Below, one piece after another: positions 1-12,154 of a stretch of 64,000 nucleotides of DNA; position 1 is the stretch's first letter, and every line of letters begins with the position of its first letter. The notes below the pieces were generated by a model. It worked only from the letters and a program-made list of their open reading frames with translations. It did no database searches and had not been told where the DNA came from. The stretch lies in assembly GCA_001949185.1 (NCBI GenBank), contig BDGG01000009.1, positions 1,839,874-1,903,873 on the forward strand, read 5' to 3'. The stretch comes from Ramazzottius varieornatus. Its lineage: Eukaryota > Animalia > Tardigrada. Both the position numbers and the translations under genes were made by a program.

Positions 1-1416
1 AGGGTGGGGACATGTATGCTGTACTTTCTCGATACTCACAATCTTGGCTGACTGGTTGTTTCCCTCTGTTAGTAACATATGCAGCAAGTTGGACGTCATC
101 GCCGAACTGAAGAAGCACGAGCTGGACTTTGACGTTCGTGGTTTGAAAGTGGGGGACTTTCTGTGGATTGCCCGCGAGAAGAGCGAATATGCTGGGGGAA
201 GGAAGCCTCGAGAGCTGGTACTGGACTTCATAGCAGAAAGGAAGAGAGGCGATGACCTGGCTATCAGTATCAAAGATGGTCGATATACCTGTCAAAAGGT
301 AGTATGCAAAGCCAAAGTTTATAGCTGGCAAAGCCTGTATATTTTGGCCGTCGGCAAATGAAGTAAACCTGATGGTTTCCCATGTGGCGTGCTCTTGCAG
401 TCACTAAGAATGGAAAGCTGCGCCACTTGATATAAGGTGCGATCTTATTTGCCGACGTGTCAAATTCCTTGATGAGTCTAACGGATGATGGTTGGTGCAT
501 TCAAAAATAGTTCCGAATGAAGATGGCGGGTTTGCGTCGGCTGATCTACATCATTGAGGACAGCCAGCGCTTTCAGCATAAAGGCCTGAAGGATGGCGCT
601 TTCGATCAGGCTGTGACCAATCTGGCAGTGCAAGACGGCTTCATAGTCAAGGAAACGGACAGTTTACGGAAAACCGCCGAGTACTTGTTGTCGATGACCA
701 TGTTCCTACAACGTAGCTACACGGTACAAACTGCCTTGCCTTTACCGCAAACTTTGGCATCTCCTCTTTTGACTGCTTTTGTCCTTTTGCAGACCAAGAC
801 TTTGAGAAGCCTGGCCTTTGCCGAAAGATGGGCAAAAAGCCAAGAGGAGTTTAATGTCAATCTGCCTGTCCACGGTCTGCTTACTTATAGCGCTTTTTCC
901 GCCGTAGCCAAAACCAACCAGGTTCGACTGTAGCCCTCTTTCTCTCTTCGAGATGAATCGATACCTTGTCCGACGGATGTCTGTCCACCGTCTGTGTCAT
1001 TTCTTTCAGACCAAGAATGTCTCTCAAGCATTCCTCCTTCAGTTGCTGGCTCTCGATGGAGTGTCGCCGGCCAAGGCTTCCGCCATTGTAACCAAGTATC
1101 CCACCCTCAAAAGGTAAGGTTGTGGACGACCTAGTGGTCGATGGCCATGGTTAGAAGCCAGGTAGATGTGACGGAAACCCACTGTTTTAGATTATTGAAT
1201 GCCTACGACGCTCTGGCTACGGAAGACGAAAAGAAAATGATGCTTCGGGACATTAAGTTTGGAAGCGGCATAACGTCAGTCTCTTCCCTTTGACCATCAA
1301 TGCCTCGCAGATCACAACTGCGTTTTATGGTGCTTTTCTGCTATTGCAGGAGTATTGGTCCCGCAATCAGCAAGCGACTGTACAAACTTTACTGCACCAA
1401 TGGACCTCTTCGATGA
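1..1416 (+). CDS. MUS81: Crossover junction endonuclease MUS81, 3' part (spliced; 5' end outside window)
   Basis: ERCC4 nuclease motifs LKVGDFLW..ERKRGDDLAISIKDGRY..QK. C-terminal HhH (QLLALDGVSPAKA) and terminal SIGPAISKRLYKLYCTNGPLR*, stop TGA 1414-1416. GT-AG introns join ORF fragments 44-361 and 517-933. Confidence 0.93.
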
Positions 1417-1728
1417 ATGAAACGGCAAAGAATTTGACTAGTAATCTTTCACAATATCCTTTACATCATTTTTGATCTGCTCGATCCGCACACAAGCTAG
1501 GTTTTTCACTTTGTTGTGTGCCAGATACCTCTTTTACAGAAGTTTTAACGGAAACAGACAATGCCCATCCCAAGATGAAAGTCTTCCACACATAACCGTC
1601 GGTCCAGCAAAGTTTATCCATCAAGATCTTCCTTCAACTTTTCGAAGCTTTTTGACAAAGAAAGAAGAATAAAATCAGCGTCTGAAGCAACAAATGCACT
1701 GTACACTTTCATAGCAAGGAATACTTTT

Positions 1729-3002
1729 CTAGCTCCAGTCCATCTGTTTGTCCTGATCGGCCATCTGACCTGCCAGTTGGCCCACCACATTGTCTTCAGC
1801 GTCTTCCTCCGACACAGCCGCCCTTTCCGCCATGCTGTCTTCCATCAGCGCCGCTTTCTCACTACTGTCATGTACTTTGGAAGAAGCTCCAGCAGGCTGA
1901 GTATTGGACGCCTCCGCAGCTGGTCCGCTTTCTCGGGCGACCTGACTGAAGGCACCTTCGCCATTGTCTTCTGCGGCCATCCCCTCCTGTTCCGGTGCCG
2001 AGACTTCTTCGCCGTTCTCGCCTCTCATCTTTCTCAGCTTGAGGCGCAAATCAGTAGTCTTGTCAACGTCTTCGCCCTCTTGGGATTCCGAGTCGTTTCG
2101 TTCTTCCCACTTGCGCTTGCCGAAGGAGCGCCGTTGGTTGGTTCCTCCTGCCATGGCAAAGTCGCCTGCTTGGATTCTCTCCATACGGTTCTGGATCATC
2201 TTGCCGAAGCCTCCTCGCCCACCGTCGTAGTCTGTACGGAACTCGTCGCGTACTTGCCCACCAGACTTGCCCCGACCGTACTGTCGTCCTTCGATAAAGC
2301 CAGCGTCCCAGTCACAGCGGATGACACGCTCGTCTAGCCGTGTCCCGTTCACGTATCGAAGTGCATCTTCGGCATCTGCACGTCTGTAGTACCTGCAAGA
2401 CATTTCCATCATCTTACTTCAACCTTTAAACAATCTAATTGGGCCTAAGTTAGGCAACTCAACTTGACAAGAAGGCATTACCCAGATGCGCCTAAGTGGC
2501 GCATACTTCCAGCCAAAACACCAAGCTGGCGCGCCACTCGGGGAAACAATCAAACCTGTCAAGATCGTTATTCCAAGCGGCGCACACTACCATCCAATAA
2601 CAATGGTAACGTGCGCCACTTTCGAAAACACTCTTGCACAGTTTCCATTAGTCCTTTATAAGGACGTTCATAGTCTTCGTACTCAACAAAGCAAAATCCG
2701 CAAGGTGTTTTGGTGAAGCGATCCAGCCCGATGATACATCGTTTGACGTCTCCACTCTTAGAGAACAAGTGATGAATTTGATCCTCTGTCGTAAAGAAGG
2801 ACAGGTTACCGACGTAGAGAGTGGTACTGGCCCGTAGCTTGTCTTCTTGCTCCTTCATCGACCCCTAAGAGCGAGACGGACAGCATGTCAGCCAGCCTGA
2901 AGATCGGCCGTGTGTCATGTGCAAGCCTAGCGATCGTTCTATTACCTGGAACTGCTGGTCTCGATAAGCGCTGAGTGAGCCATTCCTCTTTGAAGCGGAC
3001 AT
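1729..3002 (-). CDS. NCBP2: Nuclear cap-binding protein subunit 2 (CBP20) with long acidic C-terminal tail (3 exons)
   Basis: [44 protein letters not shown] and [26 protein letters not shown] are diagnostic for CBP20. ATG at 3002. Confidence 0.96.
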
Positions 3003-3759
3003 GCTGCTGCATCCGAGTGGATCGGACGATGTGGCTGCTGCCTTCAATGAGGCCTTCACTCCCAACGCACACACAACAACTTGACGTTACTGCTGGCGAT
3101 GGGATTCAATAATCCGATGATTCCCACCAACAGACTTCCGCAGTGAGAGTGATCCGCGATGGCAAAGTTCTGAAGTTATCACTTGCAAAAAAATCCCGTA
3201 TTAAACTGGAATATTCAGTACAGAAGTGGGCCAAGTGGCCACCCCGGTGGCGGTGGGGTCCCCGTGGGATATCCCTCTTTCCGTCAGCCCTCGGGGCAGG
3301 CCTGGTCCATAATTAAGGGCCTTCAAAGACAGACCCGGGTCTGGTGGTGTGATTATCCTGTCTGCTCTGGTGGATACCTCCATAAATCAAACAGACCAAC
3401 CACAGAGCCCCTCAATCTGCTGACTTCGAGCGCCCCGTTTCGCCACCGCACAGTAGTGCTGGCAAAAATACGATGAAATTCGATACAATATTTCTCCGTT
3501 ACCGTATTTTCGATATATCATATCATATCGCAGCGACATATCGATATTTCTGGAATTTTAGTTTTCCGGAATTTCACTGGTTCAAGCCCAAAACTTAAGA
3601 AGCCGATGGCCACATAAAGTATCAGTAAGATTGAAAGCGTCGGGTGCAGCGAAGACAGGATTATACCAAGACTTCGAACACATGAAAACTCGGAAAGAAT
3701 TAGTACCAGAACCGAATGGGCGGAATGTGCTCGGTAAACCATGGCCAGAAACAAGTTTT

Positions 3760-4688
3760 TGATACCCAAGGGACTCCGAATCGCAAACTCATTAGAGGAC
3801 GCTCGCGCTCCAGACAGCACGATCCTTTACGCAGGTTGATTCCCCGATATCTTCTGATTTTTCTGATTTTTTTGACGAATTGTTCCAAGTTTTCGATGAG
3901 TCATGAGTCGTGATTCCGGATTTAATCAATCAATTTTGCACTAATCATTCGAAGATGTTGGCGTATTGCTTAATACGGAATTGATAACCCGGTTGATAGT
4001 ACCACTTGACGGCACTGCACGATCAACAGTGTATAATAATGCCCTATGCCTGTACGTACAACAGATGACTCATGGTAGGGACACCTTTCGGTGCCAAGAA
4101 ATTTCTCTTTGATCTTCCGCCATAAGCTCAGGCTTGCCGTAGTTTGCTCCAATTCAAAGGCTTTAGAATAGAGCCCTGCAGCAGCAGCAGCTGAAACCAT
4201 TGCTGCTTCTGCACTGCATCCGGTTTCCACGAACTGCAACTGCACTGCAATTCTGCTGTTTTCTAAACTGCAACTGCACTGCACCTCATTCGAAAATTAA
4301 GAGTTTCTGCCCACCAACGGAAATGCATGTCAAACACAACGTAATCGTCGTTGTTTCACGGAGATTCAACCGAAAAACGGTAGGATCCGGCCAGAAAATG
4401 AAAAAAACCCGATCGTACTACTGTTTCTAAGCCCACATCAGTATACTGCGATGAACGGTGCTCACATTTCCAAAACTGCAACTGCACTGCAACTGCATTT
4501 TTTTACCATTTCGGCGACTGCGACTGCACTGCATTGCAGTAAAATGCAGTGCAGTGCAGAACGTGCTGCATGTTGCAGGGCTCCACTTTAGAATGCCTGA
4601 ACAGCTTTCTACAAAAACTCAAGTGGTCTATGGTTCATTCTTAAGTTCTGCTGGAAGGCCAGCCTTTTGGGCGGAGCTCTCGCAAAAC
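3760..4688 (-). repeat. Interspersed repeat, copy 1 (inverted relative to 31040-31527), interrupted by a hAT MITE
   Basis: ORF 3970-4284(-) and ORF 31107-31334(+) give near-identical translations (LWRKIKEKFLGTERC..GLSIPY). DNA similarity continues on both sides of the 4169-4585 insertion. Confidence 0.85.
4169..4585. mobile_element. hAT-type MITE with CTGCA-rich subterminal repeats
   Basis: TIR TAGAGCCCTGCA / TGCAGGGCTCCA. Perfect 8-bp TSD CTTTAGAA at 4161-4168 and 4586-4593. The empty site has a single copy, at 31136-31143 on the reverse strand. Confidence 0.92.
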
Positions 4689-6562
4689 CAACCTTGGTCT
4701 TCCGTCAACGAGATATCACTGGCGAGTTTGCCATTCAGCAGAATACCGATATATCGAAAATATATCGATATGGCGCGATACAATATCGCCGAATATTTTA
4801 TTGCGTTATTCGATACGAATTTCATATCGATATTTTCCATACGATATCTGCCGCATATTTTAGCGCAAAGATTCGATATATTTCGCTACCCTTCTCTTGA
4901 GAATCTGGATCTCAGAATGAAGTTGTCTCGTGTCGGTTTCCGTTTATTCGGCAAGTGGACGAACCCTGAAGTGTTTATTTAGCCGTGGAATAGAACATAG
5001 GAAGAAAAGCCTTTTCGAACAAGTAAATAACGTCTTTGATAAGAGACAAGCCTCGTTGAAAGTGTTTGGCAATCATACCCGAACTGGTTTTGATAAAGAC
5101 AGATCTGAAATCTTCGGCCGCGTCACAACCATCGTCTTCCCGATGGCGGTGCTAGACTTGGCACCGTGTCCGTCCACTTGCTGTTATCAGTGTCAATGGT
5201 TAGAAGTAATAGACGTTTCCGACAGGGACATATCCATCGACATTAGCTGGAAACAAGACACAGTATTCTAGACAGGTGAAAGGGAAAGTGGTGGAACTTG
5301 GATTTGTTAACGACGTGAGTCTAGAGGTGATGGAAAAATCTAACTTTCGTAACTTGACATTACCTACCAACAAACCAACTATCAACAACGAACAACCCTT
5401 TTTCAGTAGACAAGTTGATTGGCTGATGACACTTCCATAGGAAAGCCTGGTCAGTACCGCTTGGTCAGCTTGCTTACCATGGTGTTCAACGATCCTCCGC
5501 AGCACTGTCATCGTGGTGTCTTGGGCACCTCTGAATTTGCTAGTTCAGACCGAATAGGCAGTGAAGTAGAATCACTATTCGGCATCAGAAAGGAAAGTTA
5601 AGACTGAAGTAAAGAAGGGAAGATTTAGCCAGGGACGAGGTACACCGAGATGACTCTGGCAAAGCGAAATAGAAGCTGAAAATTTCATCAGCTGGTGGGA
5701 TTACGAGTCGGTCCCGAGTAGGTAGTAATTACACCGAAAAAACGGTGAATTTCGTTTTCGGTGGAACGAATAGCCCAATCGTGTCGTGAGGGTGGAGCCA
5801 ATTACACCAGTGCTGTAATCCCACCAGCGGTGTAATCAGTCTTTGAAGGCCCTTATTGATAAATCTTACTGGCCCATAACTAAATGATAACTTTCTGACA
5901 GAAAGTTTCTGTATCGCGTGTACAGTGTATGTGTGACGTCATCGCGGACGGTATCCTGGAAAGGTTCCTGAGACTCTCACAGTCCGGTACCTAAGAATCG
6001 GATATGTGCAAGTGCAGCATCAGCTAGCCATTGTACTGATTCTATACCAGAACGAGTATTCAGTGATATTATCTGGTCAGAAACCTAATGTCGAAGCGGG
6101 AAGGACTATGAACTGCAGAAAACAACTTGGCCAGAAATATCTCCCACACAGAATACAGGAATAAAAGCGTAGAAAAACGACTCGCTGACTATATACCAGA
6201 TCTGCAGCATTACCTAGAGGAAAAATTCCTTAAATCCAACCCTCGATGGGCTTCAACCAGACAAGTAAGATGCGAGGCAGCTATTGCCAAGTGGGGAAAT
6301 GTCGATATGGCCCCATTCAGCTGGTTGCTGCAGTTGGACAATAGGTGATTTCAAGATGGTTGGTGCTGGGGCCGGCGGTCAGCGCAGGCGAGCATTTTTC
6401 AATGGCCAATTGTTTCATAGACTGTAAGTTGTCGGCCAGAAGCAGTTGGTCGCATAACCTTTTGTCAAGAGAATCATCTTAACAGCGGATAAGCACATAA
6501 GAGATGCTGGAGGAGGCTGTAATTATGACAGCAAGTGTACACTGCGTACGTCGATTGGGCCC

Positions 6563-9500
6563 TTACCGTTTTCGGGCGGCAGAAACATCGAGGAGGGCCA
6601 GCTTTGCCTGTCGCTCAAGCCTTGCGGCTTTTGCTCTGACCGTCAGTCGCTGCTGGGTACTTGGCAGGACTTGGACCTTGCGACTCTCCAGTGCCTTCTG
6701 CATGCCCTGGCACAGACTGTTCAGCAGTGACAGGCGGACAGAAAGCTGAAAAAGGCGCTCTTCCATGGTGATCAGCATCTGGCTGAGCTAGAGGAGGGAC
6801 CACAAAGTTGAAAACCTTGGCGCCGACGAAAAGCTTCGTCAGTCTTACTGCACTAACCATTCCTTCCCTGTGTTGAAGGTCCGTCATGTTAAGGGTTGGA
6901 GACGTCAGTTTCTGCAAAGTTTCCTTCTTGCACTGCACGACCTGCCTGGTCAAGGCAAGGCGACGTTCCACGGCTTTGACCAGCTAAAGGACAAGAGCGA
7001 TGCATGACATGTCGACCAATAACTTGAATAATGCAGCAGATATTTGTACCTGCTTCCCTAGTTCTTTCCTGGTCTTGACATAGGTGGTTAGCAGAGAATC
7101 GTGCCACTTCAGTCGCTTATAAAGCAGCTTGATGTCCGTGTCGGCACTTTTGTGTAGCCATTCAACGTAAGAATCGAGAGCTCGATGTCGCAGCTCGATT
7201 TCGTGGCTGGCTTTTACTGCGACGAAAGAACAATCATTTCCATATTTTGTCGTCACAATTCCTCTCAGTAGAGCTCTGTCAGAGGTTGGTTGGTTAATGA
7301 TGATGAACCTACCGACTTGATTCTGTTCCACATGCTTCAGCATGTATTGAGTGGTGATATCGATCAGCAGCGACGCTCCACAAGCTCGAAGTTCCGATAC
7401 CAGCTCGAATGTTTCCGTGAAAGTTTCGCATTTCAGTAAGTAAACATCCAAATCTTTGCGCAACCTATACACATACTCAAGTCGACATCGACATCAAAAC
7501 CTACTTGAAATTAGAATTTGGCCAGATTCAAGGCCTTACATCAGAACTCGCGCAAATCCTCGCTCGTATTCTTCTTCGAGGTCTTTCATCTTTTGGCGCT
7601 CTTCAAAATGAGCTTTGCGAAGGCGCGATAACGACGTCCATAAACTTGATTTGCCATGCTGCGCGTTCTCCAATTGCCTGGCAAAAACATTGAATAAAGT
7701 TACACTTTTCCCCCGCAAAGTCAATGCTGTGGGGGTTTACAGGGAGACAATGGGCGAAACGGACCTGACTTTATGCCGATACTCTTCCTTCTTGCGCTTG
7801 AGCTGGTCGTTGAGGCAAGTCGTCCGGTCCCTGTGCTCATGCATCCCACCCTGGCTGAAACTAAGTAGCTTGCGCAGCTCTTGTCGATGACGATCCAAAG
7901 CGTAGTATTCAGATTGCATCTCCTCGACTTTCCTGCTCTTCTCCAACAGCTCGGCCGCGGCGTACCGGTGGGCAGCCTCATTCTGTTGACATTCCTCTTG
8001 CAGCTGCCGCTCTTTCTGTCGGACCTTCCTACGCTCCAGGCTCTGAGAGCGCTGCTCGACATGCTGAAGTAACACAGCAAGGTTATCGCTACAAAGCCTA
8101 CAAATTGTCACAATCGGGACGTCAGCAGATGGACTCATCCGTATCCTTCTTATCAAGCGACGCACGCTTCATGCAATGATCGATAGAAGCCTCCGCCTCT
8201 TAGGAAGGCGATCTGGATAAAATCAGCTGCCAAAGTCCCAGATGGCTTTCTTTGGTATCATGGATTGAGCTGTAGATTTTGTGCCAAAGCTTACCATACG
8301 CTCGACTTTTCCTTCGAGCTTTCTATATGCTTCAGCTCCCTTCCTCAGGCGCATGAATATGGAGAACCTTTCTTTGAACTTCTGCCTTGCTTGGCGATAC
8401 AGTACCGTGTTCTTGTCCCGCCGTTGGCTGCCTCGCGAACCGTAGGTGTTAATGAGCTTTCCCAGGGTGATAATCTGTTGGCGATGCTGATCTGCTTCGT
8501 ACTCGTACTCGGTTGCCTAAAGAACATTATCAATTCTCTACCGATGGTTGGACGAATGGGGGAGGCAGGTAGACGAAGCGTACAAGACAGATCTCTGAGT
8601 GGCGCATTTTTCCGTGGTTAGTGGTTGAAAGCGCGCGCCACTTCAGGCTATGAACTTGTATGTTTGGCTTGCCCGCCTGTCATCTTTCTCTCTCGAGGGC
8701 TATATGGTCAAAGACCTACCTGTTCGAGCAGTTTCTCGGTAAAGTCTCGGTCGCTCCTGTTCTGCCCCGTCACACGGCGGGTCTCCAGGTCCAGGTTCCT
8801 CTTGAGCGCGCTTAGTCGATCCCGCTCCCGCAGATGGCTCACTCGCTGGCACGAAGCTGCCCGCACAAGGGCTTCGGCCTCGCCCAGCTTCTGTTGTAGC
8901 GACAGTCTGAAATACAAACCGACATTTGAGAGGAAACGTTGCCAGAGCGGACGACCTTACTTTTCCTCTTTAGTCTGAACTTCCGCCTCCAGCTCGCTCC
9001 TCATACTTTGAGCTAGGCTCTTGTAGCTTTCAAACAAGGTTGCGAGCTCGCCTTCAGCCCTTTCTCGGTTCTGCAGGACTAGGCGTATGTCTTTGTCAAG
9101 CTCGTCGTTGGCGGCGCAGTTTGCCTGCCAATGTTGCTGAAGACGAGTAATAATGGCAGCCAACGCTTGAGCTTCTTCCGCACTTTTCCTACCAAAGCAA
9201 GGAAAGAGAAACTATAGCTCTAAGGCTAGCAGTACTTACCACGGTAAAGAGCCTTTTGATTACCCGTTGTCGATTTCCAGCTGTGCACACTCCCTTTGGA
9301 TACGCGGTATGCGATTGCTGATGGATAGCAGTTCCTGCTCTTCTGCCCGTATGTCCACTTGCGCGTTCCTTATACGATCGTGGATTTTGAGCATCATGAC
9401 TTCGTTCTCCTGCATATGCTTGGAGGTGTTGTCGATTGTTGTTTGGTAGTGCTCGGCTTGCTGGGAAAGAACTTGTCCTTCCAAGATCCAGCAAGTGACC

Positions 9501-10441
9501 AGATGTCGCAGCTCTGGCTCTGTTGGGATCTTTTCCAGTGTAGAGCAGAGCTGGTTCTTGTCGACCTCCAATCTGCACAAGCCAACTGAAACATATATCT
9601 ATCTCAAAACCTGTGCGTGGCAATCTCCAATAAATAGATACTCGGCACATCCAGATACAGTAAGGGAGACTGGCAGACGAAATGTCCAACATCTGTCTCA
9701 AGTGGCGCATATTTCCCTTATTAATAGCCAGAGGAGTGCGCCACTGGAAACGACGATCCTGGACGTCTCCTTTGCCGCATTCCTGCAGGCACTCTTGGTG
9801 GCGACCTACTTGTCGATTTCTTTATTCAGTCGTAGCAGATGGAAGCGGGATTTCTCCAGCTCGTCATTGAGTCTTCTGGCATCTCCTCGAAGGCCTTGCA
9901 ACTGCTGTTTGAGCTTCCTGGGTAGGGCATCAGCTTCGGCGACTTCTTCGGCATGATCCAGGCAGTAGCGAATCTGATCGACAACGAGGTCGTGCAGAGT
10001 TCGCTGCTGCTGGAACTTCTGGCTATACCTCTGGATAACTGATGTTATTCTCCGCCGTAGGTCGCTGGCTTGGCCGTATGTGACCACCTTGTGTTCAAAG
10101 GCGCTATCAAGGGCACTGTTGATCGGAAAAGTATCCAGTCGAGCTTCGATGCGGTGGAGGTCCTTGGAGAAGGATGACCGGTCTTCGGCCAACTCGGCCA
10201 GAACGCCGTTTATCGAATCCGGCTTCCAGTTGGATTGGTAGAAAATATCCAAGGCTACGTTTTTGAAGGTTGCAGTTTTCGTTCCATAGCCCTCTGTGAA
10301 GATGGGATTCTCCTTTTCCGAGCGACTCGCGGGAACATAGCTTTGTAGTTCGTCCAGCGGATCATGATCAGAACCGATCCTGTCGTGTTGGTGACAGCCG
10401 GTGCGGTCGGCAGCAGGAACCGGCAACGATACATACTCCAT
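6563..10441 (-). CDS. Large multi-exon coiled-coil protein, possibly cilia/flagella-associated (CFAP58/CCDC146-like)
   Basis: Chain of minus-strand heptad-rich ORFs (9806-10450, 9260-9580, 8957-9163, 8708-8917, 7737-8165, 6984-7472, 6563-6778) separated by GT-AG introns. DIKLLYKRLKWHDSLL and LTSPTLN loosely resemble the CFAP58 C-terminus. The family call is weak and the 3' end is approximate. Confidence 0.6.
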
Positions 10442-12154
10442 CACAAGCAAAATATGAAGAGTGTTATTTAGCCATCTAGATCTCCCAGAACTGAAACCAG
10501 CAAATCCTACAAGTTTACTTTACGTACGCTAGTTCCGCTAAGTCAGGTTCGTGCTGATGAGTTGCTGAGGATGGTTTGCCACGTGACCTTGTTCATCGGA
10601 TATCAGTGACGGCTCCGCATACCTTTTCCATCATCAAATTTATGGGATTCAAAGAAATTAAAAGCGATGAAGTCCAGAAACGGCACTGGGGCAGTAAGAA
10701 GAACGACGAACACTGCTGTGCTGCTGAAGCGCGCGTTGCTGGAAGGAAGGACACCGTAAAGTATCCTTGACGTCATGCGTCAAAGCATAATGCGGGGCAG
10801 ATTTTAGTCATGACGTAACCATTCTTTGACCTACAAGATTGTTAATGTGACCGAAAAGTAAGATCATTCAATGAACCTCCACCACAGCTTGGGTGAAAAA
10901 GAAACAAAACCGCACTTCGGTTGATTGACTGCACCTGTTAGCTCAATGTTTGAAAAAGCACTTCTACCGATATTCGATGCTAAGATTTCCTAGATACGAG
11001 ACCTGGCTCCGGTAAATTTATAGCCGACCATTTTGATTTTGCGCGTTTTCGCTTGCCATGCTCCAACAGACGCGCGCTTCAGAAGCACATCAGTGACGAC
11101 GAATAGAAACGCCAGCGGAAGAGATTGACAAGGGAATTATGCCTGTCCCTATCTGTCCAGGACCAAACTGTTCTGGCGACTTTAGAGCAGAGTCTCTTCT
11201 GGAAACTGAGCCAGAGAGTGAGATCGTGCGACGATTATGGAATGAGCCACAGGATTCGAAGCCGCCGACGTAAATTTCGGGTAAATTCGGGCGAAATTGA
11301 CCATTGCCCGAAGTCAATTGCCTTAGATTGCCTTGCCTGCTCCAAGCCTACTACAAAGTTCACGTACGAGTCCCCGTCTCGTAGTTTATCTAAGATCGTC
11401 GCCGGATCCAGCTTCCTGGCTCAATTTGTAGAAAAGACTGCACCTTATCGTAAATGAGTATCGTTTCGCCAGAACAGTTCGGTCGTGGAACGGTGGAAGA
11501 TGAGGATGGGCATAATTCCCTTGTGAGATTACTTCCGAATAATAACGCAGCGGTGCGGCACAAAAGTTCGGCATCGACCTGCGTCCACCAGTCCTCTCCG
11601 GGAAAACCATCAGCTGAGTCCTGTATTGATTGATTTATGTTAAAATATCGGTTATGGAGTGCATGGTGGGGCGCATGGGAAGAATACCCCGCTTTTCCTA
11701 TTTGTTAGCGGTAGTGCTACGACAGGAGGGGCCAGGTGTACGATGCGCATCGCCAAATCGTCAACGTTAGAAATTCTCAGCATCTGGGATTTTGACTCTT
11801 GGGGCATTTCTGAATCCTTTCTTGTTTCTTCTTGCTTCTTCCTTTAGATTGTGCTCGAGTAATGTATTTAACGAAAGGTAAGGATCGAGGTTCGTAAGGA
11901 CGGGGTAATGGGCCTGGTGATGGTTACCTGCGCATGTTTCCTGCTGGATGGTGGCCATTCACTTTCCGTTGACTCGATACTTTACGATAGTATCCTTGAA
12001 CGGTACGTACGAGTAATGATAACAGCATGTTCTTGCAGGCTTTGAAAGAGGGATGAGTCTGAACTGCATATAGTTGATCAGTTTGGCTGTAGAAAGCTGT
12101 CTGGATGTCCAGCTGAAAAGAAACTTCGCCCGTGGAGCAGAATAGGTTGCAACA

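Larger units (their letters stand above)
3314..5855. mobile_element. Putative composite non-autonomous DNA element bounded by 17-bp inverted repeats, containing nested repeats
   Basis: TAAGGGCCTTCAAAGAC at 3314 and its exact reverse complement GTCTTTGAAGGCCCTTA ending at 5855. CTGGTGG(G)ATTA-like motifs sit near both ends. The TSD is ambiguous (TA or TWA). Confidence 0.5.

Noticed and set aside
1777-2337. Long antisense ORFs overlapping real genes (also 12465-13001, 14024-14527, 19996-20526)
   Set aside because: Shadow ORFs produced by codon bias on the opposite coding strand.
3970-4284. Small ORF pair (also 31107-31334) with near-identical translations
   Set aside because: Explained by an interspersed repeat. 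No recognisable domain, and one copy is interrupted by a MITE.
11060-12150. Possible extra gene or exons upstream of the NuMA-like ATG
   Set aside because: I could not assemble a consistent spliced open frame.
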